This document shows, one piece after another, positions 13,284 through 23,326 of a stretch of 37,122 nt of DNA. The notes under the pieces were generated by a model, which worked only from the letters and a program-made list of their open reading frames with translations, was not told the DNA's origin and searched no databases. The stretch lies in contig JAGLLT010000014.1 of the NCBI GenBank assembly GCA_023140385.1, positions 1 through 37,122 on the forward strand, written 5' to 3'. This DNA is from Candidatus Omnitrophota bacterium. GTDB lineage: Bacteria; Omnitrophota; Gorgyraeia; JAGLLT01. Both the position numbers and the translations under genes were made by a program. Each line of letters opens with the position of its first letter. The stretch's first letter is position 1.

Positions 13284-13375
13284 ATTTTTAAGAGGTTAAA
13301 AAAGAGGGGCAATGTTAGAATGAACAAGGGTTGCCTGAAAAAAGAAAAGAATAAAGAAAAGAGAGAGGTGATAGA

Positions 13376-15952
13376 TTGGCAATGGTAAAACGCCTTTTAT
13401 GCTGGTTTATTATTATTTTTACAGGATTAAATTTTTGCGTTTTGGCTTTTGCCGCTACAGACAGCCAGCTATTAAGGCAGGGTCAGGAATATTTTGACAG
13501 CCAAAAGTATGAGAAAGCCGCGGCCGCTTTTCAGGTATTGATTGAAAAATATCCTGACAGCGAATATATGCCCTATGCCTTTTATGGACAGGGCTTGTCT
13601 TATTTAAAAAGCGGTGAGTATAAAAAAGCAAAGGGCAGGTTTCGCGAGGTACTCAGCGAGTATGTGGATGAAAAAAAAATAGCCGTTGATTCTATGTTGG
13701 GCCTGGCCGAATGTTACCGGAAGTTAGGGGAGTATAATTTAGCCATTTCCACCTATGATAAAATTTACAGGAAGTATCCGGGCAAGCGGGCGGAAGTGAA
13801 TATGGGCAAGGCCTGGACATTTTATACAAAAGGCGATATGCCTTCGGCGGAGCGCTGTTTTCAAAAATTGATTAAGTCGTCCTCCAATCTTAAATCATTG
13901 GAAAAGATTTATATTTTAGGCACTATGTATAAAGAACAAAATGACCATAAAAAAGCGATTGAGGTTTTTAAGAAAATTCCTAAAGATTCAGTTTTAATTG
14001 ATGACACATATTACCAGATGGGTGATATTGCCCTAAAAGTGAAGAACCATGAAAAAGCGATTGAATTTCTGCGCGGCGTAAAATCTCAAACTTCTTACTT
14101 CAATAAAAAGGTTAACTTGCTGGAGATGGCGCGTTACCGCATGGCCGCGACTTATTATAGTCAAGATAAATTTTATGAAGCCAGAATCATTTGTGAAGAT
14201 TTTCTGAAAAAATTTCCAGCCAGCCGCCTAAAGTCCGATATTCAGGAGATTAGCGTATTAACTTATGTGGAGCAGGAAAAGATAAAAGAACTGCTTGGCT
14301 CGTATGCTAAGCTCGCGGATATTGACGCGCAAGAAAAAGAGGGGCTGAAGATTGAAAAGACAATAGCCGGTTATTTCTATTCAAAAGGTGACTATAAAAG
14401 AGCGGCGGAGTTTTATGAAAAGCAAGTTGATATTGGCAAAGGGGTTTTTGAAGAGGAAAACTTATTTAATCTGGGGAATTCGTATTTTTATCTGAATAAC
14501 TTTTCTAAGGCAATAGAGGCGTATAAAGTCTTTCTTGAGAAATTTCCAAACAGTCCTCAGATGCCGCAGGCTGCCTTCAGGTTGGGGTATGCTTTTTCAG
14601 CTAAAGGTGACTATGAAGCTTCCCTCAAACTGTATAAGATAGTAGAGAGCAGCTTTAAGGATGCCGACTATATGGATCTGGTGGTTTATAATATAGGCTG
14701 GTGTTATTTTAAACTGGATGAGAGCTCCGAAGCGCTTAAATATTATGAGAAGTTTGTTAATGCCTTCCCTCAGAGCAAAATGCTTCCGATTGTTTTGTTT
14801 GAAATAGGCAATGTTTATTATGGCGACAGCCGCTTTAGCCGGGCCATCGAATATTACCGGCAGGTAGTTGATAAATTTGCCGGTGAGGAAATTGCTCCGG
14901 CGGCCCTTTATCGCCTGGGGAGAAGTTATGCTTATAGCGGTGACACCGAGAGTGCCAATAAACAGTGGAAGAGGCTGTCTCGTGATTATCAAGGGACGGA
15001 GATGGCCAAAAAGGCTAGTCTTGAGCTGATCGAGAGTTCTTTTAATAATAAAGAACATCAAAACGCTTTTGGCACCGGCAGGAATTTTTTGAATGCCTAC
15101 CCCGATGATCTTTTAGCCGGCAGGGTAATAAAACAGATGTTGGACTTTTATCTTGAGAACAAGGAATATGATGAAGGGCTTGAGTTTTTCAACTGTTTAA
15201 CTAAAGACTATAAGGGCAAAACACTCCTTCTTGTTGAACTGTATGCAAGCTTAGGGGAGTTATATTTGGCAAAGAAGCTTAATAAACAAGCTCTCGAATC
15301 CGCGAAAAAAATATTTCTTTTAACCGATAACTTTTCTAAGGCAGTACCTTCAGAGAGCAGTATCTATGCCATCGGGAGCATTTTGTTGACTGCCGACAGC
15401 CAACGTGAAGCGATGAACTTTTATGAATTAATAGGCTCAAAAGCGGAGAACGAAGAGATGCTTAAAGCCTGCCTCTTGGGCAAAGGGGAGATTTATCTCA
15501 AATCAAAAGATTACCGGCAAGCCGGAGAATTTTTTAAAAAGTTAATTAATCAGTATCCCCGCTCAGAATTCACGGTTGAGGCCAATATGGGGCTGGCAGA
15601 CAGCTTGTATTACCGCGATATGTTTGATGAGGCGGAGGAGATATATAACAGCGTCATAACTAATTATAGAGACAAAGGGACGGTTGAAGCGTATTATAGA
15701 TTGGGACAAATTTACTTTGATAAAGGTAAGTGCAAGGAGGCGCTGGCTTGCTATCAGCATATTATTGTTTTTTGTTCAGATAAAAAGGAATGGGCTGCCG
15801 AATCCCTTCTTATGGCCGGCCGGTGCCAGGAGGAATTGGGCGTTCACGACAAAGCCGCGTCATTGTATAAGAAACTAATCAGTAATTACCCGGATACCGA
15901 AGAAGCGGAGACTGCTAATCAAAAGTTGAAAGGTTTGAATATTAAGCAATGA
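13376..15952 (+). CDS. Exported multi-TPR protein (858 aa)
   Basis: Signal peptide; many TPR units with ..YP.S turns; start is TTG 13376 or ATG 13382. Confidence 0.85.
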   Translation: MAMVKRLLCWFIIIFTGLNFCVLAFAATDSQLLRQGQEYFDSQKYEKAAAAFQVLIEKYPDSEYMPYAFYGQGLSYLKSGEYKKAKGRFREVLSEYVDEKKIAVDSMLGLAECYRKLGEYNLAISTYDKIYRKYPGKRAEVNMGKAWTFYTKGDMPSAERCFQKLIKSSSNLKSLEKIYILGTMYKEQNDHKKAIEVFKKIPKDSVLIDDTYYQMGDIALKVKNHEKAIEFLRGVKSQTSYFNKKVNLLEMARYRMAATYYSQDKFYEARIICEDFLKKFPASRLKSDIQEISVLTYVEQEKIKELLGSYAKLADIDAQEKEGLKIEKTIAGYFYSKGDYKRAAEFYEKQVDIGKGVFEEENLFNLGNSYFYLNNFSKAIEAYKVFLEKFPNSPQMPQAAFRLGYAFSAKGDYEASLKLYKIVESSFKDADYMDLVVYNIGWCYFKLDESSEALKYYEKFVNAFPQSKMLPIVLFEIGNVYYGDSRFSRAIEYYRQVVDKFAGEEIAPAALYRLGRSYAYSGDTESANKQWKRLSRDYQGTEMAKKASLELIESSFNNKEHQNAFGTGRNFLNAYPDDLLAGRVIKQMLDFYLENKEYDEGLEFFNCLTKDYKGKTLLLVELYASLGELYLAKKLNKQALESAKKIFLLTDNFSKAVPSESSIYAIGSILLTADSQREAMNFYELIGSKAENEEMLKACLLGKGEIYLKSKDYRQAGEFFKKLINQYPRSEFTVEANMGLADSLYYRDMFDEAEEIYNSVITNYRDKGTVEAYYRLGQIYFDKGKCKEALACYQHIIVFCSDKKEWAAESLLMAGRCQEELGVHDKAASLYKKLISNYPDTEEAETANQKLKGLNIKQ

Positions 15953-16797
15953 AACTAAATAAGAATGTTTTGCTTTCTTTTTTTCTAATAGGGATTATAA
16001 TATTAAAAGGAACTTGCGCTTTTGCCCTGGATGAAGTTATTTTAAAAAGCGGTAAAGTAATAAAAGGGGAAATTCTGGGAGCCGATGATAAAGAGGTGCT
16101 TATTCAGTCTCCTGATAAGAAGGTTACCTTTACGATAGTTTATACGGATATTAAAAAGGTTAATTCTCCTAAGCCCCAGCTTTTGCTTTTAGCCGACAGT
16201 GATTTTTTCATGGGCAACTATGAGCAGGCCTATAAGAAATATCTGGAGGTGATGGGTAAGTACGGCCCTTTGAGTTGGGGAGCCCGGGCGCATTTGAAGG
16301 CGGCCAACTGTTTGATTGAATTAGGGCAGGTTGAAAAGGCGGTAAGGATGCAGGAGGAGTTTATAAAGAAATATCCTTCTGCCGGAAACGTCAGTAACTT
16401 TAAACTGAACCTGGCAAACATATTTTTTAAAGATGGCAGGCGGGATAAGGCGATAAAGATATACGAAGACTTGGCAGCTTCGGGCGGCGATGATCTGCTG
16501 GGAGAGATTAATTTTAAACTGGGTGAAATTTATTTTGGAGAAGGCGAATTTGAGAAGTCGTTAATTTCCTATTTGAGGGTTGTTGTTCTTTATCATCAGG
16601 TTAAGTGGGCAAGAAAGGCTAAATTTAAAAGCGGCCTCTGTTATGAAAAGTTAGGCGATAACCTAAGGGCACTTAAAACATACGAAGAGTTTATTAAAGA
16701 GTTTCCTCAGGGTGATTTTTCCGCTGAATCAAAGGAAAAAATAAACAGTCTTAAGAAAAGGAGAAAGGGAAATGTTGAAAAGGACAAACAGGAGTAA
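15949..16797 (+). CDS. Exported TPR protein (CpoB/YbgF-like repeats)
   Basis: Signal peptide ending AFA, small beta domain DEVILKSGKVIKGEIL, TPR repeats; ATGA-coupled to the upstream gene. Confidence 0.8.
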   Translation: MKLNKNVLLSFFLIGIIILKGTCAFALDEVILKSGKVIKGEILGADDKEVLIQSPDKKVTFTIVYTDIKKVNSPKPQLLLLADSDFFMGNYEQAYKKYLEVMGKYGPLSWGARAHLKAANCLIELGQVEKAVRMQEEFIKKYPSAGNVSNFKLNLANIFFKDGRRDKAIKIYEDLAASGGDDLLGEINFKLGEIYFGEGEFEKSLISYLRVVVLYHQVKWARKAKFKSGLCYEKLGDNLRALKTYEEFIKEFPQGDFSAESKEKINSLKKRRKGNVEKDKQE

Positions 16798-17512
16798 TTT
16801 TAAAAAAGCGACTTTTGTTTTAATGCCGGTTCTTTCATTGGCGGTTTGTGTTAGTGTTTGCGCGCAGGACGCGGCGGTAGAGGGGGGCAAGGGCTTGACC
16901 TTTTGGCGGTTGATATTTAACGGGGGCTGGGTAATGGCGGTTATTGGTATATTGTCCATTGTAGCTTTGACTCTGATTATTGATCTTTTTTTCAGGTTAC
17001 GTTCCGCAAAGATGATTCCTGCGGGTTACTTAGACGGGGTGAAGGAAACCTTGAAGGCGAGAGACCTGAAAAAAGCTATGCAGGAGAGCGAATTGCAGGG
17101 TAGCTTTATGTCCAATGTTATTCTGTCCGGCTTAAAGAAGTGCGGCCAGGACTTAAAAATGGTGCAGGAGGCGATGTCTGAGACGGGAGCCAAGGAGGCT
17201 GTTGGCCTTCAGCAAAGAGTAAATTATCTTTCTACTATTGGTACCACCGCGCCCATGCTTGGACTGTTAGGTACGGTGCTGGGTATGATCCAGGCGTTTA
17301 ACATTATTGCTTATGAAGCTGGACTGGGAAAGCCTACGGCTTTGGCCGGGGGCGTAGCTCAGGCGCTTGTTACGACCGCCTTTGGCCTGATAGTTGCTAT
17401 TCCGGCTATGGGCTTTTTCTTTTACTTCAGAAACAGGTTGGAGAAGATTGTTTTCGAGGTTGAAATAAACGCCGGTGATATTAGCCTATATCTGGGCAGG
17501 AAAAACAGCTAA
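16772..17512 (+). CDS. MotA/TolQ/ExbB proton channel family protein
   Basis: APMLGLLGTVLGMIQAF, GGVAQALVTTAFGLIVAIPA. Confidence 0.93.
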   Translation: MLKRTNRSNFKKATFVLMPVLSLAVCVSVCAQDAAVEGGKGLTFWRLIFNGGWVMAVIGILSIVALTLIIDLFFRLRSAKMIPAGYLDGVKETLKARDLKKAMQESELQGSFMSNVILSGLKKCGQDLKMVQEAMSETGAKEAVGLQQRVNYLSTIGTTAPMLGLLGTVLGMIQAFNIIAYEAGLGKPTALAGGVAQALVTTAFGLIVAIPAMGFFFYFRNRLEKIVFEVEINAGDISLYLGRKNS

Positions 17513-17523
17513 AGAGATATAAG

Positions 17524-17940
17524 ATGAGATTTTTAAAACAGGATAAAAAGCAATTTGGATTTCAGATGGCTCCGATGATAGACGTGGTTTTTCAGCTGCT
17601 CATTTTTTTTATGAGTGTCTCAACTTTTCATCAGCTGGAGACTGAGAAAGATATTAAAATTCCGGTTGCCGATGAGGCGAAGTCTTTGCAGGAGGCTGCA
17701 CAAAATCTAATTGTTAACATAAGAAAAGATGGGACGATAATTATAAATCAAATCATTTACCGGCCGGAGCAGATAGTAGCTATACTTGCTGATTTGCCTC
17801 TTAAGCATGTGCATCAGGCAATTATCATCAGGGCTGATAAAAATGTATCCCACGGTCGGGTTTCTGAAGTTATGAGCGCCTGCGCGGCGGCAGGCGTGTG
17901 GGATGTATCTTTTGCCGCTTACCAGGAAGAACAAAAATAG
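17524..17940 (+). CDS. ExbD/TolR family protein 1
   Basis: MAPMIDVVFQLLIFFM with the conserved Asp; IIRADK. Confidence 0.92.
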   Translation: MRFLKQDKKQFGFQMAPMIDVVFQLLIFFMSVSTFHQLETEKDIKIPVADEAKSLQEAAQNLIVNIRKDGTIIINQIIYRPEQIVAILADLPLKHVHQAIIIRADKNVSHGRVSEVMSACAAAGVWDVSFAAYQEEQK

Positions 17941-17957
17941 GCGAGGGTTTAGAGAAG

Positions 17958-18407
17958 ATGAAGTTTTTACCCAAAAATGATGAGGAAATTGGCTTTGAGT
18001 TAGCTCCGATGATTGACATAGTTTTCCAGCTTTTGATTTTCTTTATGTGCGCTTCAAGTTTTTTTGTCGCTGAAAGCCTGCTTAATGTTAATCTTCCTAC
18101 CTCTGTTGGCGTTCAGAAGAAGCCGGCGATAGCGGTAGACGTACTGATAAACGTTTTGTCTGACGGAACGGTGTTGATGAATGAGAAAAAGTACGATAGT
18201 TCAAAGTCAAGGGATTTGCCGGAGCTAAAAGGGATATTATTAAGCCTGTCTGAGAGTTTTGAAGATCAGCCGGTTATTATCAGCGGAGATTGGAATACGC
18301 GCCATGAACGCATAGTTGACGTATTAAATGTTTGCGCGGCCGCCAATATTAAATCAGTATCATTTCTAATCCCGGAAAAAACTATTAGCAGAATGCGAAG
18401 TAAGTGA
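17958..18407 (+). CDS. ExbD/TolR family protein 2
   Basis: LAPMIDIVFQLLIFFM; VIISGD; likely start ATG 17958. Confidence 0.9.
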   Translation: MKFLPKNDEEIGFELAPMIDIVFQLLIFFMCASSFFVAESLLNVNLPTSVGVQKKPAIAVDVLINVLSDGTVLMNEKKYDSSKSRDLPELKGILLSLSESFEDQPVIISGDWNTRHERIVDVLNVCAAANIKSVSFLIPEKTISRMRSK

Positions 18408-18420
18408 AATAGAGAATAAT

Positions 18421-19512
18421 ATGAAAGAAAAACCATATCCGTTAATAATCGCGGTAGCGATTCATGTAATCTTGCTTTTATGTTTGGCTAATATTTTGAT
18501 CGTTAAGCCCAGCGTGAGAAAAATTCTTTTTGATGCCAAGCTTATTTCGAGTAAAGACATAGGCCGGCCCACAGAGAGGAAAAAACATGATACTGTGGTT
18601 TCAAAAGAAGGAATTACACCAGTTAAAGAACTTATGGTTCCTAAACAGGATGCCATTACGGTTGATAGAAAACTGGACATGCCCGCTTTAAGTACAAGTA
18701 TTGACGTAGGCACTGAGGATTTTAAGATAGACTTAGACCTCAAGGATTTAGATAGTTTGGGTATGGATAAGTCGATGACCGGTAAGCTTAAGTTTACCTC
18801 TACGGCACGAATAACAGGCAGAGGGAAGAGAATAAGAGGCCGGCTGATTTTTCCTATTTCAACTTATGCCGACTGGGATAACGACCCGACGACTATTCCC
18901 AACTTAATGAATGAACTTGGGCGCCGCACCAATATTAGGGTTTCTATTGAAGAGAAAAAGATTGATTTTACCGATAAAAAGGGGCTGTTTAAGTTTCCGA
19001 TGCTTTTTATGAACGGCCACAACGAGTTTCTCTGGAGTTCAAAAGAGATAGATAACCTGCGTGAGTACCTTACCCGCGGAGGTTTCTTTTTTGTAGTCAA
19101 CGACAACGCTGAAAAGGGGCCCTTCGAAGAGAGTTTCTATAAAGAAATGAAAAAGGTTTTTCCGAAAAAGAGCTTTAAAAAGCTTCGTATGAGTCATCCC
19201 ATATGGCAGTCATTTTACAAGTTTAAAAAATACGGCGACCTGGGCGATGCCTTGTACAAAGATTTGCCGGTTGAGGCCTACGCGATGTATCACGACGAGA
19301 AAATGATAGTATGTTATTTGGCGACAGGTGATGCTTGTGACGGATGGGCGGAGGCCGGTGGTTTAAAGTGGCCGGGAACAAAAAAGTCCCACCATGACTA
19401 TGCCCATTCGAACATGGAGTGGCAGCAAGCGGCCGGCGCGGGAGATGAGGGCATAGAAAATTCCTTCAAAATCGGCATAAACATTATTGTTTACGCTCTT
19501 ACTAATATGTAG
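18421..19512 (+). CDS. Membrane-anchored DUF4159-like protein with TonB/TolA-type N-terminal helix
   Basis: N-terminal AVAIHVILLL helix, polar linker, then DW.NDP..IPNL, FPMLFMNGH, LREYL.RGGF, GINIIVYALT. Confidence 0.75.
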   Translation: MKEKPYPLIIAVAIHVILLLCLANILIVKPSVRKILFDAKLISSKDIGRPTERKKHDTVVSKEGITPVKELMVPKQDAITVDRKLDMPALSTSIDVGTEDFKIDLDLKDLDSLGMDKSMTGKLKFTSTARITGRGKRIRGRLIFPISTYADWDNDPTTIPNLMNELGRRTNIRVSIEEKKIDFTDKKGLFKFPMLFMNGHNEFLWSSKEIDNLREYLTRGGFFFVVNDNAEKGPFEESFYKEMKKVFPKKSFKKLRMSHPIWQSFYKFKKYGDLGDALYKDLPVEAYAMYHDEKMIVCYLATGDACDGWAEAGGLKWPGTKKSHHDYAHSNMEWQQAAGAGDEGIENSFKIGINIIVYALTNM

Positions 19513-19531
19513 TTTACCCTATATTTTCTGT

Positions 19532-19900
19532 ATGTTAAATCTTACCAAAGAAGAAAAGCTTATCACCATCTTTATTATTCTGGCCCTTATTTTAGGTATG
19601 GGCACTCTTCACTTTAAAAGGTCGATTAAGAGCCCTGATGAAAGCGCGAGCCAGCAGGATTTTAAGCGGGGCGCGGGTTTGATAGAGGAAGAAATTAAGA
19701 AGAGTAAACAGGTCAATATAAATAGAGCTGATGTAGACGAGCTTAGCAGTCTGCCGGGGGTAGGAAAAGTGATAGCCGCCAGGATCACGGCTTACCGCCT
19801 GGAGAAAGGGGATTTTATACACAGGGAAGACATTAAAAAGGTTAAGGGGATAGGAGATAAAAAATTTGAAAAGATGAGGGAATATATACTACTTAAATGA
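19532..19900 (+). CDS. comEA: ComEA family helix-hairpin-helix DNA-binding protein
   Basis: N-terminal TM; VNINRA..EL..LPGVG...A..I..YR...G.F...EDIKKVKGIG. Confidence 0.88.
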   Translation: MLNLTKEEKLITIFIILALILGMGTLHFKRSIKSPDESASQQDFKRGAGLIEEEIKKSKQVNINRADVDELSSLPGVGKVIAARITAYRLEKGDFIHREDIKKVKGIGDKKFEKMREYILLK

Positions 19901-21468
19901 ATAATGACCCCCTGAGAACCGAAAATTATCATAGCGTGGAACGTCCCTGGTTTTGGGTAAGTGTCTTTTTTATTTTAGGGGCCGCGGCGGCTAATCAGAT
20001 TAAGCTGCCTTTTTTTATTCTATATCTCTTGTGTTTTGGCGGCCTCCTTTTTTCTTTTATCTTCCTCTTGAATAAACGGATATTTTTTTTGTGCCTGGTA
20101 TTAAGCCTGTCGGCTTTTGGTTTTTTGAGGTTTCAGATTGCCTCTTTTGTGCCGGATGATAATATCGGAGAGTTTATCAGTGAGGAGAAAGAAAAGGTTA
20201 TAGTAGAAGGTTTCATTGCCGACAACCCGCAAGGGACGGTTGACCGCTTTAAAAGAGAAGTAGTGGAGTTTTTATTTGAGACAGCCTCTTTGATAAAAGA
20301 GGGAGAGAGGATTGATGTTTCCGGTAAGTTAAAGGTGAGTGTTTATAATCTTAGAGCCGGAGATTTTAGATACGGAGATACATTCCTTTTAGAAGGCAGT
20401 TTGTCCAGGCCGCGGGCGCCCGAACACCCTCAGCAGTTTGATTACGGAGAGTACTTAAAAAGGAGAGGTATTTACGGGCTCTTTTACGTAAATAAAAAAG
20501 ACGGAATTGTCAGGCTGGGTGGAAACAAAGGCAAATCCTTACTGAAAGCCGCCTATTGCTTAAAGAATAATTTAAAGAAAAAGTACGCCTCGCTTTTACC
20601 GCCAACCCACAGCGCCATATTAAGCGCCCTTATTTTAGGCGACCGGAAGGAAATTCCGGCGCCCGTCCTTGACTCTTTTATTCATACCGGCTGTGTCCAT
20701 ATTTTAGCTATCAGCGGTTTGCACGTGGGCCTGGTGATCTTAATTATTTTGGCTATTTTCAGGTTAACGCGCGTCAAGGCCAAAGCGGCTGTAGTTCTCT
20801 GTATCTGTTTTTTGATTTTTTACTGTTTTTTAACCGGAATGAGAGCCTCTGTTGTGCGTGCCTGTATTATGGGAAGCCTTGTTTTAGGGGCGATGGTTTT
20901 GGAAAGAGATGTTGACTTATATAATTCTTTAGGGCTGGCGGCGTTTTGTATGCTGCTTTTTAATCCTTATCAGCTTTTTGATGTAGGGTTTCAGCTTTCC
21001 TTTGCAGCCGTCCTTTCTATTGTTTATCTGACCCCCAAACTTCTGAATTTTACCGGTCCGGCCTTTGAGCTTGTTAAAAAGGCTCCGCTCCCCTGGCTGA
21101 GGAAGACTTTGCTGTTTACGGGGCAAGCCGCCTGTGTTTCATTTTCCGCCTGGCTGGGCGTTATGCCTTTAACTTTACACTATTTTCATCAAGCCTCTTT
21201 AGTGAGCGTTATAGCTAACCTGTTTATCTTGCCTCTGTTGACTATTTCTCTGGCGCTGGGCTTTTTGGTGAGTGTAGTGAGTTTTTTATCATTTACTCTG
21301 GCTAAGATTTTCAGTGAAAGTTTATGGCTCACTCTTTTTTCTATGGTTAAAACCGCTCAAATCTTTGAAAAAATTCCCTGCGCTTTTTTTCACTTTGAAG
21401 GCGTAACCGCCCCGCTCCTTTTTTTATATTACGGAGCTTTACTTGGCCTAACCTTCAGGCTTGATTAA
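19897..21468 (+). CDS. comEC: ComEC/Rec2 competence channel, without C-terminal beta-lactamase domain
   Basis: HILAISGLHVG, SVVRACIM, DVGFQLSF, FDYGEYL; ATGA-coupled to comEA. Confidence 0.9.
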   Translation: MNNDPLRTENYHSVERPWFWVSVFFILGAAAANQIKLPFFILYLLCFGGLLFSFIFLLNKRIFFLCLVLSLSAFGFLRFQIASFVPDDNIGEFISEEKEKVIVEGFIADNPQGTVDRFKREVVEFLFETASLIKEGERIDVSGKLKVSVYNLRAGDFRYGDTFLLEGSLSRPRAPEHPQQFDYGEYLKRRGIYGLFYVNKKDGIVRLGGNKGKSLLKAAYCLKNNLKKKYASLLPPTHSAILSALILGDRKEIPAPVLDSFIHTGCVHILAISGLHVGLVILIILAIFRLTRVKAKAAVVLCICFLIFYCFLTGMRASVVRACIMGSLVLGAMVLERDVDLYNSLGLAAFCMLLFNPYQLFDVGFQLSFAAVLSIVYLTPKLLNFTGPAFELVKKAPLPWLRKTLLFTGQAACVSFSAWLGVMPLTLHYFHQASLVSVIANLFILPLLTISLALGFLVSVVSFLSFTLAKIFSESLWLTLFSMVKTAQIFEKIPCAFFHFEGVTAPLLFLYYGALLGLTFRLD

Positions 21469-21529
21469 AACCGAGTTTCAATCAGAAATATCTTGATAGC
21501 GGGAGAGAATGTGGTACTATTTAAAAGAT

Positions 21530-22501
21530 ATGTTAAAACAGGAAATTTTTAGAACTTTTTATGTGTTATTAATTTTGTTTTTGCCGCTTGCCGCCGGTTA
21601 TGGCTTGAGAAAGAAAAACCTTATACCCGGGCCGGAGCGCGTTTCAATACGGCTTATTGTGTTTTTGACCAAAACGGTTACGCCTTTTGTGGTTTTATTC
21701 TCTTTCTGGAAGCTTGAATTAACCAGCGCCAAAATCTTTACCCTGCCGCTGGTAGGAATGGCTATTTCCACGCTGGCTTTGGTGCCTGCTTTCTTTTTTG
21801 TAAAAGTTCACGGGTTAAACCGGAAGCAGGCGGGAAGTTATCTAACCTCAGCTATGTTCTCCAATATAGGCTATACATTGGGCGGCTTTATTGCTTTTGT
21901 TTTATACGGTGAAGCGGGCTTTGGCCTGACCGTCCTTTACTGTCTTTATTTTAAACCCTTTTACTATACCATCGGTTTTTATATAGCCGAAAATTACAGT
22001 TCCCAAAAGGGAGTAAAAATTAAAGATAATCTTAAGAAGGTTTTTACTGATGGTATAAGATTATTTCCTCTTTTGGGCCTCGCCGCCGGTATTGGGCTTA
22101 ACTTACTTGATGTACCCAGGCCGGGTTTTATACAACAGTTAAACGGTTTTTTGATACCCGCGACAACCTTTGTATATATGCTGGCCATCGGTATGACCTT
22201 AAAATTAAGGGCGATTAAGAGATTTAAGGTGCCGGTGCTTTCCATGAGTGTTATAAAATTTATCTGGTCGCCCCTTATAGGCTTAGCCATTGCTTATTTT
22301 TTGGGTTATCGTTTTATTCTGGGGGGTTTACTCTTTAAGGTAGCTTTGATTGAGTCCTTTATGCCCACGGCCATTACAAGCTTAATGCTGCCCGCTTTAT
22401 TCAATCTTGACCAGGATCTTTCAAATTCATGCTGGATTTTTACCACCCTCCTGCTCATCCCACTCTTGCCGGTTATGTTCTGGATATTAAGCCTTTTGTA
22501 A
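21530..22501 (+). CDS. AEC (auxin efflux carrier) family transporter
   Basis: About 10 TMs, FSNIGY..G, ESFMPTAI; start is 21509 or 21530. Confidence 0.75.
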   Translation: MLKQEIFRTFYVLLILFLPLAAGYGLRKKNLIPGPERVSIRLIVFLTKTVTPFVVLFSFWKLELTSAKIFTLPLVGMAISTLALVPAFFFVKVHGLNRKQAGSYLTSAMFSNIGYTLGGFIAFVLYGEAGFGLTVLYCLYFKPFYYTIGFYIAENYSSQKGVKIKDNLKKVFTDGIRLFPLLGLAAGIGLNLLDVPRPGFIQQLNGFLIPATTFVYMLAIGMTLKLRAIKRFKVPVLSMSVIKFIWSPLIGLAIAYFLGYRFILGGLLFKVALIESFMPTAITSLMLPALFNLDQDLSNSCWIFTTLLLIPLLPVMFWILSLL

Positions 22502-22502
22502 C

Positions 22503-22553
22503 ATAAAAAAAGAGGGGGGTTAAGTTGCCCCCTCTTACTATGTCTCTTTTTTT
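22503..22553. terminator. Intrinsic terminator between the convergent AEC gene and cassette array
   Basis: AAGAGGGGG/CCCCCTCTT stem (22510-22536) with a U-tract on the minus strand and a T-run shortly after on the plus strand. Confidence 0.75.
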
Positions 22554-22656
22554 ACCTAACGGTTGAACTAAGTAACGTTGTAGGCACATAAAAATCAAAA
22601 ATTTCTAATTTTTGCGCGGCCGCTTATACAACATCCACTGAATTGCTTGGTTATAA
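22554..22656 (-). repeat. attC site (distal, degenerate stem)
   Basis: Minus strand TTATAAC...GTTAGGT; shares TAACGGTTGAACTAAG (plus strand) with the attC at 23958. Confidence 0.75.
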
Positions 22657-22665
22657 GTTTATCTA

Positions 22666-22896
22666 CTATTTTGCGATGGCTTCTTCTAACCGTTCCGCAA
22701 CCCAAACTTTGATAATAGACTGACGAGGAACCCCGAGGCGCTTGGCTTCTTTATCAAGCGAATGAACCATCCAAATAGGAAAATCAACATTTACTCTCTT
22801 TTGTTCCTGCTCCGGCCTTCTGGCTTTTGAGAGATCTAAATACTTCTTAATGTTTTTGCCTTTATCAAATTTTTTATCAAATTCTTTAGCTTTCAT
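22666..22896 (-). CDS. BrnA/CopG-type antitoxin
   Basis: MKAKEFDKKFD...QKRVNVDFP.WM...LD.EA.RLGV.RQSIIKVW ribbon-helix-helix type; overlaps the end of a BrnT remnant. Confidence 0.85.
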   Translation of the reverse strand: MKAKEFDKKFDKGKNIKKYLDLSKARRPEQEQKRVNVDFPIWMVHSLDKEAKRLGVPRQSIIKVWVAERLEEAIAK

Positions 22897-23101
22897 ACAT
22901 TTCCACCTCCTCTGGTCTAGAGCGACGCACAGAGATAATTCTTAATTTTTCGTTACGATAAACAATAATTCCCGACCAACATTTTTCCTCAATCTTGCCA
23001 ACAACCAAAAATCTTGGTTCATCTACCGTCTTGGCAGGAATTTCAATTAAATCGGGATCATCCCATAATTTTTGGGCTTCAATAAATCAAATCCCATGCT
23101 T
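22886..23101 (-). pseudogene. BrnT-family toxin pseudogene (5'-truncated, in-frame TGA)
   Basis: Reads KHGI*FIEAQKLWDDPDLIEIPAKTVDEPRFLVVGKIEEKCWSGIIVYRNEKLRIISVRRSRPEEVEMYES*; no start codon, TGA at 23087-23089. Confidence 0.85.
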
Positions 23102-23302
23102 TTATTCTCTTAGCCAAATGTGGAATACATCTTTAAACTCTTCCATTGTTAACTCCTGCATCGTTTTTCCATATTTATCCATTGCAATTTTCCTCGTGGT
23201 ACGGCCTCTGGACGGTGAATCATCTTTAGGAGTATTAGTGGTTTCACAGCACCCGGCTAAAAGAAAGATTAATAAAAAAAATAATATAATTCTCTTTTCC
23301 AT
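23102..23302 (-). CDS. Small cassette lipoprotein (possibly 3'-truncated)
   Basis: GAGGA RBS, LAGC lipobox, begins just after the attC core GTTACGG. Confidence 0.65.
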   Translation of the reverse strand: MEKRIILFFLLIFLLAGCCETTNTPKDDSPSRGRTTRKIAMDKYGKTMQELTMEEFKDVFHIWLRE

Positions 23303-23326
23303 TATTCCTCAGCCCTTTTTATTTTC

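Noticed and set aside
23087..23089. TGA in brnT as recoding (Sec, Trp or Gly)
   Set aside because: TGA is a normal stop elsewhere (for example purN), the expected residue is Asp, and the gene also lacks its 5' end
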